Source: Vitrella brassicaformis CCMP3155 (Eukaryota > Protista > Chromerida). From it: a stretch of DNA of 64,000 nucleotides. Made by a program: the position numbers and the translations under genes. The DNA is taken from the NCBI GenBank assembly GCA_001179505.1, contig CDMY01000376.1, positions 124,001 through 188,000 on the forward strand, in the 5' to 3' direction. Below, piece by piece: positions 46,696-61,032 of this stretch (the stretch's first letter is position 1; each line of letters starts with the position of its first letter). Below the pieces are notes generated by a model. That model had not been told where the DNA came from. It saw only the letters and a program-made list of their open reading frames with translations, and searched no databases.

Positions 46696-49600
46696 ATGGG
46701 TCTGTTTTGTGGCTACTTGGCGCCCCTGGTGTTTGTGGTGGGCCTTTTGTCGACGTGTATAGGCGGCGATGGCCGCTCCCTCTCCAACATACCCGTCTAC
46801 GAAGGTACGCAAGCCGAAAAGGCAGGCACCGATGGATGGATGGATGAGTATCCCTTTCGACCTCTTTCCTGTTTGTTTGTCTGTCTATCTGTCTGACTGT
46901 CTGGCTGTCCGTCTGTCTGTGTCTTCAGGCGGCTATTGGTGTCGAGTTCGCTCACCCCCTCTCGGCTTCCCCTTCCCCTCCCCGGCCCGCCCCGGCCGCC
47001 GTGCCCTGCAGTCATCGCCGGGTGACCGCAAGTTCGACTTTTTGGACTCGTTCGCCTTCCTCGAGGGATTCGGCATCAGCCGGTCCTCCCTCACACCCAT
47101 ACAGACCTGCGAGGCATGCGAGCTGGACCGCGACCTGCTGCTCTCCGAGCCGGTCGCGCAGACATACGGGCTGGGCGGCGACGACCTGCCGCCCGCCAAT
47201 GCGTCGGTGTGCGGCCTGCCTTACGTGGCCTGCCTCGAGTGGCGAGACGAGATGTACGCGGCCAACAGTACACAGCAGGGGTATGCGCTCGTGTGGGCGA
47301 CACGGCGGATCGACCCACCGAGGAAGGCTGTGCAGTTCCCATCGGAGGTGGTGGTGCAGCTGACGCGGGTGGTGGTGGTCTTCTCATATCGGTGGCCCTT
47401 CTACGGCTCGCTGGACCCAGTCATCAACACACGGCCAGATGGGGTGGGGGAGAATGGTCTGGGGAGGCTGGCCGTGCTGTACATGTTCGGGGCGTCCGTC
47501 AAGGGCACCTTTGGAGAGGCCCTCACGCGGCTGACCAACCTGCGGACGCTACGGCTCTTCGAAAGCAGCATCGAAGGTTAGAGAGATGGGAAANNNNNNN
47601 NNNNNNNNNNNNNNNNNNNNNNNNNNNNNNNNNNNNNNNNNNNNNNNNNNNNNNNNNNNNNNNNNNNNNNNNNNNNNNNNNNNNNNNNNNNNNNNNNNNN
47701 NNNNNNNNNNNNNNNNNNNNNNNNNNNNNNNNNNNNNNNNNNNNNNNNNNNNNNNNNNNNNNNNNNNNNNNNNNNNNNNNNNNNNNNNNNNNNNNNNNNN
47801 NNNNNNNNNNNNNNNNNNNNNNNNNNNNNNNNNNNNNNNNNNNNNNNNNNNNNNNNNNNNNNNNNNNNNNNNNNNNNNNNNNNNNNNNNNNNNAAGCCGA
47901 AAAGGCAGGCACCGATGGATGGATGGATGAGTATCCCTTTCGACCTCTTTCCTGTTTGTTTGTCTGTCTATCTGTCTGACTGTCTGGCTGTCCGTCTGTC
48001 TGTGTCTTCAGGCGGCTATTGGTGTCGAGTTCGCTCACCCCCTCTCGGCTTCCCCTTCCCCTCCCCGGCCCGCCCCGGCCGCCGTGCCCTGCAGTCATCG
48101 CCGGGTGACCGCAAGTTCGACTTTTTGGACTCGTTCGCCTTCCTCGAGGGATTCGGCATCAGCCGGTCCTCCCTCACACCCATACAGACCTGCGAGGCAT
48201 GCGAGCTGGACCGCGACCTGCTGCTCTCCGAGCCGGTCGCGCAGACATACGGGCTGGGCGGCGACGACCTGCCGCCCGCCAATGCGTCGGTGTGCGGCCT
48301 GCCTTACGTGGCCTGCCTCGAGTGGCGAGACGAGATGTACGCGGCCAACAGTACACAGCAGGGGTATGCGCTCGTGTGGGCGACACGGCGGATCGACCCA
48401 CCGAGGAAGGCTGTGCAGTTCCCATCGGAGGTGGTGGTGCAGCTGACGCGGGTGGTGGTGGTCTTCTCATATCGGTGGCCCTTCTACGGCTCGCTGGACC
48501 CAGTCATCAACACACGGCCAGATGGGGTGGGGGAGAATGGTCTGGGGAGGCTGGCCGTGCTGTACATGTTCGGGGCGTCCGTCAAGGGCACCTTTGGAGA
48601 GGCCCTCACGCGGCTGACCAACCTGCGGACGCTACGGCTCTTCGAAAGCAGCATCGAAGGTTAGAGAGATGGGAAAGAAAGGGCAAACCAACCAGACGCG
48701 CCTTCTCGTGTCTGTCTGTCTACGAATGGGTTGATGTGATTCATGTATTGGTGCAGGTCCGTTGCCGTCGGACATCGACAGATTGACCAAGCTGTGCATT
48801 CTGGACCTGGAGCGCAACCCCATCGGCGGTGCCATCCCGCCGTCACTGAGCAAACTGGGAGAGCTGCGGCGGCTGTCGCTGGCACAGAACAAGCTGACGG
48901 GGGCCATTCCGGAGGACATCGGTGACTGCAACAAGCTGGAACAGCTCCTGCTGGAGAACAACCAGCTCGACGGTAAGTGAGAGGTGGAGCAGGGGAGGGA
49001 ATCGCTGTGTATGTGTGTGTGTGTGCTGATGGGTATATCAATGAATGAATGCATCCATCCATCTTTGCAGGTCCCCTGCCTCCGTCGCTGGGGCAAACCA
49101 GCCTGCAGCAGCTGTACCTCACCAACAACAAGCTCACCGGTACGGTCGGTACACACGACACGCGGCACAATCGTATGTATCGTTGCATGTGTGAGCGCCA
49201 CCCACCCCACCCGTCATCATCCTCTGTCTGTTTGTCGGCCGACGTGTCGTGTCGTGTGAATCAATCATCATCAGGTTCTCTGCCCGACATCTGGTCCGAC
49301 CTGGGCAGCACTTTGGAGCAGGTGGATCTGAGCAGCAACCGGTTCGATGGCGATATCCCCCTCTCCATGTGGGTCGGCGCACAAATCCTCTGGGACCTCA
49401 ACCTCGCCAACAACCAGCTTGTTGGCTCCCTCCCGTCATTCAGCACCGTCAACTCGTCCCTGCGGCACCTGGACCTTTCAGACAACGAGCTGACGGGTCG
49501 GCTGCCGGATGACATTGACGCGCTCACATCCCTCGAGCGGCTGTTGCTGCATGGCAACCGGCTCAGCGGACCGTTGCCTGAGAGTGTGGCCAGCCTGGCG

Positions 49601-52600
49601 CAGCTGCGGCAGATCGACCTCAGTCGAAACCGGCTGGCGGGTCCGATTCCCTCTGCGTGGGGGTACTCGGCTGGCTTCAATGCGACGATAGAGGAGATCA
49701 ACCTCAGCCACAATGAGCTCACCGCCCTGCCCGACACACTGCCGAACGCCACACTGCGCGTCTTCAATGCCGAACACAACAACGTACGTGCCTGCAGCCA
49801 GGACCTGTCTCTCTCTGTCTGTAAGTGCCTGTCTGTCTGTCTGTCTGTGTGTGGTCGATCAGTTGACGGGCGGCTTCCCCTCCACGTGGCGCCAGCTGCC
49901 CTCCCTGCAGCGGCTGCTGTTGCGGCACAACCGTCTGTCTGGCTGGATGCCGTGGGGCCGCCAGCCCGACCAGTTCTTCAACGAGGACGGCTCGTTCGAC
50001 CTCTCATACTGCTGCGCCAACTGCACCGACACGGCCTTCACCTCCCCGCTCGAGTGGAAGAACCTCGAGGAGATCGACGTCTCTGAGAACCCAATCAGCG
50101 TCCCCGTCCACCACATGCTGCGGTCGCTCTCTCGGTCGGCGGGGCTGGTGACGGTGCGGGCGGCGGGGTGTGGGCTGACGGGGGTCGTGCGGGAGACCTC
50201 ACTGGTCTATGTCCGCGGCATCGACGGGGGGCCAGAGGACGAGGACTGCGTCGCCATAATGGGATTCAGGTCACTGCAGCAGGTCGACCTTTCCAGGAAC
50301 GACATACATGGTATGTCCACGAAGGAATGAGCGGCCCGGCCCACCACACGGGCTTGACAGGCAGACAACAATGTGGTGTGGTGTATGTTATGTGCAGGTC
50401 TGAAGGTGCGCTTGAACATCGACATAGGCGACTTCCCGGGTTTCGTCAACTGGAACCTGACTTCTAACAACATCACCACCCTGGAGCCGCCGGGCTACTG
50501 GCTGCAGCGGCCGGACTTCTCATTCAAAGACAACCCCTCCCTCCACACAGTCGTCCAGAAACCAATCGTCGTCAAACACGGCAACAACAACTCCACCACC
50601 AGCACTGACGACGATAGCAACAACACCACCACCACCTCAACCACCAACGGCAACACGACCTCAAGCTCCTCGTACCTGCTAGGTTGCCGGGCCATCGAGA
50701 GCCTCAAGCAGCAGGCCCTAGAAGCAGAGGAAGACACTGAAGAGGGAGAGGGAGAGGGGGAGGGGGAGGGAGAAGCAGAGGGCGGTGAGGAGGCCGAGGA
50801 GGACACCGAGGCAGATGGAGGAGACAGCACCACCACGGAGGGCGGCGACGCCCAGATGCCACAAATTGAGGCGGATGCGGTGTACGTGGACCCTGCTGGC
50901 TGGCGGGGTGTGGGCGAGACCTATGAGTGCACGGGGCTGTGCGAGCCCAGCGAGGTGGACCCCAGCCTCAACGTGACGGCCATGTGTCGGTGCAAGCAGG
51001 GCTACGGCGGCGTGGGGCAGGACTGCCATCTCTGTGGCGACAACAGATACTCAACTGTTGACCCTTTTCAGCCCTACAGCACTCGGGTGAGTATGTGTGG
51101 ACAGACACACACACACACAAAGAGTTTGTTGGTCGATCCACCGGTGATCTGTGTGCCGTGCCGTGTGTCCTTTTCTCCTTCAGGAGTGCCGTAACTGTCC
51201 GCCCGGCACCGTCACCCTGCCGACCGAGCGCATACACACGTCAAGTGAGTGGGAAATGGCCCGTCCGTCATGCTGCATCCACACATGACATGTATATGTA
51301 TGTCTGTGTGTGCACCTCTGTTTGTTGTGCGCTGCAGTCCGTTCCTGTCGGTGCGAGGCGGGTCGCTACGAGATCGCCCCCTCGGTGTGTGAGGTGTGCC
51401 CCAAGGACACCTACAACCCCCACATAGCGGGGGCCGGCCGAACCGCATGCAGACAGTGCCCCCCCAACAGGGTCACTTTCACCGATGGGGCCAAATCACC
51501 GGACCAATGCGTCTGCAAAACAGGCACGCATCGCACCTGTCGCACCATCCTCCCCAGCCACACCAGCCCAACCCACTACCGCAATTAACATATGGCATGG
51601 TGTGTGTGTGTGTGTGATGTGGCCTCAGGTTTCTACGACCCCACACCCGTTATGGCCACCAACACTACCCCCACCAGCAGCAGCAGCAGCACCAGCGATG
51701 GCACTCGAGTGTCACCGGGCAACGACACCATCTGTCGGCAGTGCGGCGAGGGCCTCGAGTGCGAGACGGACGGCCTCGACGTTGCCACCCTTGGTCTGCG
51801 GCCGGGCTACTGGCGCCAGACACAGGCATCACTCAATGTCCGAAAATGTCCCCTGCTGCGCAGCTGCCAAGGCTTCCCATCTCGGCCCCGCACCGGCACT
51901 CGGGCAGACAGCAGCCGACTGCTGCAAGAGGCTGTTGATGGTGAAGAGGACTGGGAGCCTTCCATGTACTGCAGTGAGGGTTTCGAGGGGCCCCTGTGCG
52001 CCGTGTGCAAGCCGGGCTACGCGAGGATGGCCCAGACGTGCATCTTGTGCACCAAGCGGTTCACTGCCGGCCAGGGAGCGCTGTTCGGTGTGGCCCTGAC
52101 ACTGCTGCTGATAGTGGCGTGCAAGCTTCTCTACGACATTTTGATCCACCGGCCGCGAGCGCTGCGTCGGGACCGGAGCACGCAGCACGTCGACGAGGAG
52201 CTGCATTTGAAGCGGGGGAGGTGGGTGTACCTCTACAGGTTCATACGACCCAAGGCACAGATACTCATCGTCTTCCTCCAGATACTCGGTAGGTACCTAC
52301 CTGCACACTAAACCCTTACGCATTGCATTGAGAGCGTCTGTTGTCTGTCTGTCTGTCTATGTGTGTGGTTCACATCAGCCGCGTTCCCTGATTTGGACAC
52401 TAGTTTGCCGGCGGCCGCTCGTCAGCTGGCGAGCGCCCTGTCCATCCTCAACATCGACTGGGAGCGGGCATTCAGACTCGGCTGCCACGCCAACATCCTG
52501 GCCGACCTGCCAGACAGACAGACCGCCACCAACGCCTACGTCTTCCGGATGCTGCTCATATCGCTCACGCCCGTCGTGGTGGTAGCCTTTGCGGCCGCCC

Positions 52601-55600
52601 TGCTGGCCGCCAAGGCCGCTTTGGTGGGGTGGGCGAGGGCGAGACGGGGAGAGGGGGAGAAGGAGTGGCGAAGACGCTGGATCGACCCAAAGGTGTGGCG
52701 GGAGGAGATGAGCCGGCTGGTGCCCGTGTCGATCATTGTGCTGCACTTCTGCTACTTCGCCGGTGGGTGTGGGGAGAGATGGGAAAAGGGCATTGGTGGG
52801 TGGGTTGGATAAGGGTGGGGTGGGTGTGATGGATATCATATGTGTGTAGTTGCGATGGTTGTGCTGCGGTACTTCTCGTGCGACGGCGACTTTGACGACG
52901 GCAGCAGATACCTCATGGCCGACTACTCCACCTCATGCCAATCCAACGTGGGCTGGGCGATGCGAGCCACACACACACACACACACTGCATGGCATGGAT
53001 CGGTGGATGGATGGATGGATGGACGTGTGTGTGTGTGCAGGAGTACTACGGTATGTTGGGTTTTGCGAGTGTGATGCTGGTGGTGCTGGTGATCGGCACC
53101 CCGGCCTACTTCACAGCCATCCTCTTCCCAATCCGCCGCGACCTCTCGCCCCTCACATCAACTGCCACCACACCAGACCTCACCGTCGCCATCACATTCG
53201 CTGCCGATAACACCAGCAACACTGGCACCGGCAACAACAACAGCAGCAAGCCTCCCCTACCGCCACCCACACCGCGAGCCCCAATCTCGCCTCACCACCT
53301 GAACACACACACGCCTACGCCTACACACGGCACCGCCCCCGGTGTCACCTTGCCGCGCACCGCGGCCATGCTCAAGCTGCCGTGCAGCCCCCCCAGTAGC
53401 CATCGCAATGGCGAGAACGACATGTACAAGGACCCCGAGCGCCGGTCGCCCCGCTCTCCGCCGCGTAAGGTGCATTTCGACCCGCCCAAGAGCCCGCAGC
53501 TGGATGTGGGTGGCGAGCTCAAGGTCAGCATATCGGTTCCGGCGGCCGTGCACACGCACCGGGCCAAGGAGGGTGAGAATGAGAATGATGGAGGAGAGGA
53601 TGGGTGTATGGAGCAGCGGCTGGATGTCAAGCCCCCACCCCCGGGGCCGCAGCTCGAGGTGGCCGTCGACCGAGTCGACCGGCTTCACACCGTGCAATTG
53701 GTGGGTGAGATAGATGAGAGAGTGAACACAGCACAACACCCCCGCACGTGACGTGAACCTTGTGTGGTGGTATCAGGTTGAGGAGTGGGCGCTTGCAGCG
53801 GCGGTTGGTGCCGAGCTGGATCGGCGTCAGGTCAAGTACGGCGTGCGGCTGGGCGAGTCGCACCCTCACGGCACTCTGCTCGAGGACCTGGACGACATGA
53901 TGCAAGAGGGAGAGAGAGAGGGCGAGGGCGACGGAGCCCAGGGCGACGGCAAGCCACAGGCCAACAGGGCCATCAGCATCCCCACTGGCCCAGGAGGAGA
54001 CTTCTACGACATCCACAACAGGAGCACCGGCAACAGCAACAGCAACGACAACAACAGCAGCAGCGACAACAACAAGCACGCCAGCCGACGACAGACGTTC
54101 CTCGAGCTCATCCCCCCCAAGGACATCGACCTCCTAACGACCCTGGGCGACAGTGCCGACGAGAAGGGCTGGGTGATGGGCCTGCTCGGCGGGTTTGGCA
54201 TTAACGGCCACAAGGGCGGCGGCGGGGGAGTGGTGGCAGGGAAGGCCTTGAGTGAGGAGGAGGTCAAGGAGATGGTGGGGGGTGCGGTGGAGAGGTGGGG
54301 CAAGCAGCCGCTGAAGCATGGGGTGCTGATGGAGCTCATGGCCAAGCAAAACGCCTGGAGGGAGCTCGTCAACAGATGCAAGCAACAGGTAGATAGGTGC
54401 ACTGCACTGCACTGGACCGACCCACCATTGCACGCGCGGACATTGAGTGGGAGAGATCTACAATCAATGAGTGTTGGTTGTGGTGTGTGTGGGTGTGTAG
54501 GGTGAGGGTATTCCGATGTTTTACCTGACGATGGGTCTGCACGCCAAGTTCGTCCCCCGCTACTTCTGGTGGGAAGTGTTTGGCCTCTTCATTCGATTCA
54601 TGTAAGCAGGAACCTGCCTGCAGAGGCACACCACCTGCCCACCTGCACGTCGTGCCCCCCNNNNNNNNNNNNNNNNNNNNNNNNNNNNNNNNNNNNNNNN
54701 NNNNNNNNNNNNNNNNNNNNNNNNNNNNNNNNNNNNNNNNNNNNNNNNNNNNNNNNNNNNNNNNNNNNNNNNNNNNNNNNNNNNNNNNNNNNNNNNNNNN
54801 NNNNNNNNNNNNNNNNNNNNNNNNNNNNNNNNNNNNNNNNNNNNNNNNNNNNNNNNNNNNNNNNNNNNNNNNNNNNNNNNNNNNNNNNNNNNNNNNNNNN
54901 NNNNNNNNNNNNNNNNNNNNNNNNNNNNNNNNNNNNNNNNNNNNNNNNNNNNNNNNNNNNCCCCCCCCCCCCCCCCCCCCCCCCATCCTCTCTCCCTGTC
55001 TGTGTGTGCGTCTGATGATCCATCAGGCTGGCTGTCGTGCTGGTCACACCCCCACCCTGGCAGCTGCTGCTGGTAAGGCCACAACCACACCACAACACAC
55101 ACACGGGGCAATGAGCACAGAAACAAAAGTACACCCACCGGGCGGTGCGATCGTGGCGCAGGCGTGTTCGGTGACATCTCTGTATCTGGGGACCATGCTG
55201 GCGTATCGGCCGTACCTGGACCGCAGCAACACCGTGCTGGCGACGGTGTGTGCGGCGTCTTTGCTGGGCCTCTACTTGTGGACTGCCTTCTCACAGCTGC
55301 ACGCTGAAGTCATACAGGACCCACAAGTGAGCCAGTCAGAGACCTCGGAAAACTCTCAGACGGACCAAATCGCGTGAATGTGCTGTGCTGTGCTGTGTTG
55401 CGCTGTGTTGTGTTTCCTCCACAAATTCAGAATGAGTGGTGGACGACGACCATCTTTGTGTTGCTGATGTGCTGTCCCCTTGTGACCTTCGCCATCTGCT
55501 GCGGAGCCGCTTTCTGCCCCGACCTCACTGGCGAGCGGTTCAGGCACTTCTTGCTCAAGTGAGATGGATGGATGATACACATACACTCACATACACTCAC

Positions 55601-57741
55601 ACACCATTAAGCTTATCCCCAGCACACATAAGGAATGCCTTCCTCCCGCTTATTTGTCTTGCAGCCAGCCGTTTTCGATGGAGGACCTGTGCGCCAAGGT
55701 GTCGTTCATCGACCCCCTCCTTGGCGACGACGACCTCGACGACATATTCGACGACCTCACGCGATCCATGGGCGTCACCCCACCCCCACCGCCGCCCCTG
55801 GACACCACCAAGACACCAGACAACCAGCAGCCCGCATTCCTCCCCCCGAACGACACACACTCGTCGTCATGCCCCTTCCCCAGCGAAATGACCGTCCCTG
55901 CACCGACCCCTACCAACAAGCAGACGCCCTCCATGATGCGGCAGAAGCTCAGGGCGCGGTATGCGGTGATGGCCGCCGCTCGGGAGCTCTACCGCACCCG
56001 CACACAGAGCCGCCTGGAGCGAAGCAAGACAGGCGTGTCCACTGCCTCCGAGGCGTCCCGCGGCGCACACGGCCGCCCACACAAGTCCAGGTCCTCACAC
56101 GCACTCGAGAGGCGGCGAAGGAGGATGCTCGCCAGGCGGGGCGCCGACACGCCCACGATGGAGACCGACAGCACCAGCTGCGACGTCTCGCCGGCCGTGC
56201 TGGACCCCAGACTGCCCTCCCCCCATCACAACCGCCATGGTGGCCCGTCCAGCAAGCGTGATCGTGCCCCTGTGGTGACGTTCAGCCTGCCTGGGGAGAG
56301 CGGCAAAGGCCCTCAGCCCCAACCCCACGCACACACACCCCAGCACCTGGTGCAGGCGACCACGTCCACACCGACCATGCGGCCGTCATGGAAGAAGAAG
56401 CAGCAGCAGCAGCAACATGAGAAGCCACCGGTGCCGGTGTCGCCCGTCTCGGCCCCGGGGGTGGTGGTGTCGACGCCCCACAGGCATCGGAAGGTGCCGC
56501 TGTTCCGACCGGTCCGTCTGTTCGGCCAGAGCCACACCGAGAATGTTGTTGCCCGCCTGGGCATCATCCTGCCCACTGCGACCCGAAAGTGGGGCGGGGG
56601 GCTGAAATGGGGCAGCACCACCGACGGCGGCCAGACACCACCGATCTCACCAGCAGCAGCAGCAGCAGCAGCGGGGGCATCAGCGCCGTTGCAGCCCAGC
56701 AGCAGCAGCTCTGCTGCACCCAACCCGCCGCCCATTTCCCTCCTCGGCCATGCGACATCGGACATGCTGCCGCTGATGCAGCCGCGGCTCAACCTGGCGG
56801 ACCGCTCTGTGGTGTCCAAATACGACCTGGCGATGCCCGATTCCTCGCCCACCCAGACCTACGTGGACCTGGTCCAGGCCCACCACGAGACCACAGACCT
56901 CCCTCCCGACCCTGAGGCCGACCCCACCCCGGTCCCACTGCCACCCCGCGTACCCGTGGCGCCATCGCCCCCGTTCAACAACCGGCCGTTCGCGTCCTAT
57001 CTGCCGCTCAAGACCGGCCCTGGGACCCCCATGGCCCGGCTGGCAAACATGGCGCAGGTGCAGACACCCAAGACGGGCCTCTCCCCCTCCCACTCGCAGA
57101 TCGTGTCGGTAGCGGGGGACATCTTCCTGACCCCGAGTGCGACGCCGGGCGCGACGCCGCGCGCGATCGGTCTGGGCCCTCTGTCGCGTGTGGACAGCGG
57201 CGCGGGCGTGTGCCTCGATGGAGATGGGGAGGTGACGGTGAGGAGGCTGGGGACCCTGGGCCGTCTGCCGCCTGCGCTGCCCGAGAACAACGATGGTGAA
57301 GACGCCGACTCGGACAAGAGTGGCGACAACAACAACAACAACGACAGCAACAATGCAGAGAGAGCCGAAGGGGGAGGGGGAGGGGGAGGGGGAGAGGGGG
57401 ATGCAACCACCAAGTTGCGTCATTCCTCGTCGTCGGCCATCTTCCCCTCCAGCCCCTTCCTCAGTGCCCTGGGCACCCACAGCCCCTCCAGCGCATCACT
57501 CTCGGGCAGAGAGCGGCGCAAGGCGAAAGAGCTGATGGCGAGGCGGTCCAAGAGCTTCGCTGGCGAGCCGACTTCCCTCCCTGCCGAGGCCCTCAAGTCG
57601 GCCGTGTACCGCTACCAGGAGCAGTTCGGCGTCAGCAGCCCCGCCGCCAGCGGTCTTTTGAGCGTGCCGACGGGTGGGCGTGATGACGAACGGTCGATCC
57701 TGAGTGGTGAGGTGGGGGAGTGCAATGAAGGGGTAGCTTAA
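46696..57741 (+). CDS. Giant receptor-like protein: signal peptide, LRRs, Cys-rich repeats, multipass (7-8 TM) region and long low-complexity cytoplasmic tail
   Basis: Signal MGLFCGYLAPLVFVVGLLSTCIG. More than 10 LRRs of the LxxLxLxxNxLxGxIP type (48758-50450). Cys-rich modules CEVCPKDTYNP...CRQCPPNRVT...CVCKTGFYD and CSEGFEGPLCAVCKPGY. TM region with KAQILIVFLQIL, RYLMADYSTSC, KFVPRYFWWEVF and AYRPYLDRSN. Tail exon about 55662-57741. Interrupted by two gaps and a duplicated contig end. Confidence 0.75.
46811..48676. repeat. 783-bp identical direct repeat (46811-47593 / 47894-48676) flanking a 300-N gap (47594-47893); probable assembly artefact
   Basis: The copies read identically and their ORF translations are identical. 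The second copy starts exactly at the gap edge in mid-exon. Confidence 0.9.
54661..54960. other. Assembly gap (300 N) inside the receptor-like gene
   Basis: Run of N flanked by C runs. Confidence 0.99.
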
Positions 57742-60700
57742 GCTGGGTGGGGTGGTGTATGGGGTGGGGAGGGTTCGTGGCTTGTGATTGATTAGTAGTG
57801 CTGCTGTGCTGCTGGGGTCGGGGGGGAGAGGGCAGGGAGGGCCTGAGGGAGGGTCGGGGGGAGAGGGAGGGAGGGAGGGAGGGAGGGAGGGGAGTGGAGG
57901 GAGGGAGCTGTCAATTTTATTGTTGGTTGGTTGGGCTTGAGATCCAGCCATCTATACTCCATATACATCTATATATCTATCTATCTGTGTTGGTGTCTGC
58001 CTGCGCATCGCATACATTTATGTGTGCAGCGAGTGAGTGAGTGAGTGAGTGTGTGAGAGTGTGTCCGTAGTGGCCGACCCATCCATCGACCCGACCCCAA
58101 TACCTACTTACCGACCTATGCCAACCAACGAAGGTCGTGCACACATGTATGTATGTTTGTATGTTTGTATGTGTCGATGCATCCAGCAATCAATATCATC
58201 CATCACGCTAGGCAAGGCAAGGCACACAGGCGTCGTTTTTCGGCAACAAGATAGATAGGACTGGCTGGCTGAAGCTGACCAGGTCAGGTGGCTGACTGCC
58301 TGCAGCTGCATGCCATGCAGTCGTCCTATTTGCCCCTCCCTCTACACCCCAGCACTGTCTGTCCCATGCGTGTGTGTGTGTGTACGTGAGTTGATCGGGT
58401 CTCTCTTCTAAGTATATACCTCACTAACTAAGTTGAGGCAAGGCAAGCCCGGCGCCTCAGTCAGTGAGTGGGAATATACATAACAAACAGGAGACGGGAC
58501 CATATGTGTGTGTGTGCGTGTGTGTGTGCGTGTATACTTGTTTGTGTACGTGCGCGCCCCATGTGGCGTGCTATCTATGTAACTATGTAATAGTGTGTGC
58601 CTGCCTGCCTGCCTGCCTGCCTGCGTATATAGGTATGTGTGTATGATTGAGGAGCGAGCGAGTCATGTCATGTCATGTCATGCATGTCATGTGTGTGCGA
58701 TTGATTTATAAACACACTGTGTCTGTCGTGTGTGCACTGCATTCATGGCAGGGCAGGATAGGATAGGATGTGTGTCTGCTTACGTCTCTCCATAATTACT
58801 CCATGTGTGGATGTGTTGATGTGTGTGCGTGTTCCATCGACGGGTGCATTCGTATGCTTCTTCCCTTCTCCCCTCCTCCCTCCCTCCCTCCCTCCCTCTA
58901 TTTGGCGGATCTCTCCCCTGCAGCCTGTCTGTGATTTGGTGTGATGTGATGTGGTGTGCGTGTCGGGTGCCGTCTCGTCTCGTCCCCACCGAGCGCACGT
59001 ACGGTACGGGCACACTGCGGTCGGTGGCGGGGGAGAGATCTGTTGTTTGCAGATTCCTTTCAACCACACGACATACATACGCCACACATCCATTGCATTG
59101 ACACACAAGGATCGCACGATATACACAGGTGCTGGTGGCCAGGTGGGTGGCTGTGCTGGTGCCCCGGGGGGAGGGAGAATTGATCATGGTTGGTTTATGT
59201 ATGGTTTGTTGCATCGCATCAAGTGACCAAAGCAGGCAGGCAGGCAGGCCCTTCCCCTCCTGACGCGACCCACTCCTTTCTCTCTTTTTGTTGATCCATC
59301 CATCCATCCGTGTGTCGTGCGGCACTGGTTGTCGTTGCGGCGTGGGTGGCTATCATGTTGGTCGGTGCAGTGACCGCAGAGGTGGTGTCTGTCTGTCTAG
59401 TTTGCTTGCTCCTGCAAGGCGGGCGGGGTGTGGGTGTGGTGTGGATGCGTGTCGCGCTGGTTGGCGTGTTCTCTGCTTTCTGTCTGCATGGATGTCAAGC
59501 GTCAGTCAAATCACCTACCGCACCGATGGTATTTAATCAGTGTGCAAACATGACTGTATTCTGGGTTCTCACTCACTTCATCGCTCACCCGAACCCCCCA
59601 GCATTTGTAATTGAAGGCGACCGACCGACCGACCGACTAGTGCTCAGTTTCTCCCCGGCTGGCTGCATGCGTTTCACTCATGGGATGGATGGCTGCACCG
59701 AATGAGTGTTCACCGCATGGCTGACTGCATGGCTGACTGCATGGCTCCATGACTGGCTGGCTGGATGGATGCGACTGACTAACTGTTTTGGTAACACGTG
59801 CCACCGCACGAGTGGTTGGTTTTGTGGCTGTCTGTTTTGCCTGTCGTGCCTGTCTGGCTGACAAGTCACATAAGGGGAGGGAGGGAGGGAAAGGGGTGTA
59901 AGGGGGCGGTGTTTCTGTCTGCCTGCTTGGCTGGCTGGCTGGGCTAGCATGGATGGATGAATGGATGGATGTGTGCGTGATTTTGTGCTTGAGTGAAGGG
60001 CCGTGACGGGTGGATGGGATGGCGGCATGACCGATAAATACACAGATAGTGAAGGGCATCCGCATGCGTGTGTGTGTGTGTGTGCGTTGTGTCGGTGGTT
60101 CGGCGCACGCCGCGCCACACATGACAATGCCCTCTCTCTCGCCCGGGTGAAGCGTTGAAGCGTTAGGTTAGTAGATGTACCTAGCTTTAGGAGGAGCTAG
60201 CATGGCAGACAGACAGACAGGACGGGACAGGACACAACGACTATCGTCTCAATCAGTGAGCAGTGCCTCCCATCGATGGATGGCATCCATCATTCTCACT
60301 CATGCCGTCGACAACACTCACTCAGCTCACTCATAGGCACATTGGCTGTAGCCATTATCCCTCGCTAGCTACTTGTCTTCTTTGTCCCTGCGTCTCGCTT
60401 TGCTCGAAATTCCCTCATGCACTGCCTGAGTGAATGGTGGGGGACCAAGCAAGCAACACAGACGATCTCACACGACTGCACCAGTGAATCCTTCCCCCTC
60501 TCGTCTCTCTCACTTGTAATGTTCGCGGACCGCCTCGCAGTCGTCAACAATGCCGCGCAGACCCATCGGATGACTGCAGAGTGACAGGAAGACAATCAAG
60601 CTGGCACTCACTTCTCACTCTGGTTCCTCTGCAGTGACTGACTGGAGGGGATCTCACTTCTTCACGCAGTTGAGGTAGGCGTCCTGCACATCACACAACA

Positions 60701-61032
60701 CCCACCCAGATGAACGAAAAGTGCATTTCTGTGTCGCAGTGTGTATCTGTCAATCGTATCGTCGGCCGTCGGTGCCGTACCATCTCGGCTCCACAGGGAT
60801 GGTCATCTCCTCCTTTCTGCGGAGCAGGCTGAGGAGGGTCTGCGGCTGATCCCGGCTCTTCTCTTCTAGATCCTCCGGTTCCCATCTCGAGCAACTCCCG
60901 CTGCGAATGATGCGAGCTTTTTGGGGCGAGCTTGGAGAGTTTGAGTCGCGACAAGACAGCGCGTTTTTGTTGGTGAAGACATCGTATAGATATAGATAGA
61001 AGAAGTGAATTGTTTGCAGAGCAATCGCTGAC

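Noticed and set aside
57750-60990. Short ORFs in a long spacer, including a signal-like MCRAALVVVAAWVAIMLVG near 59310
   Set aside because: Dominated by simple repeats, with no consistent downstream exons; treated as intergenic or UTR.
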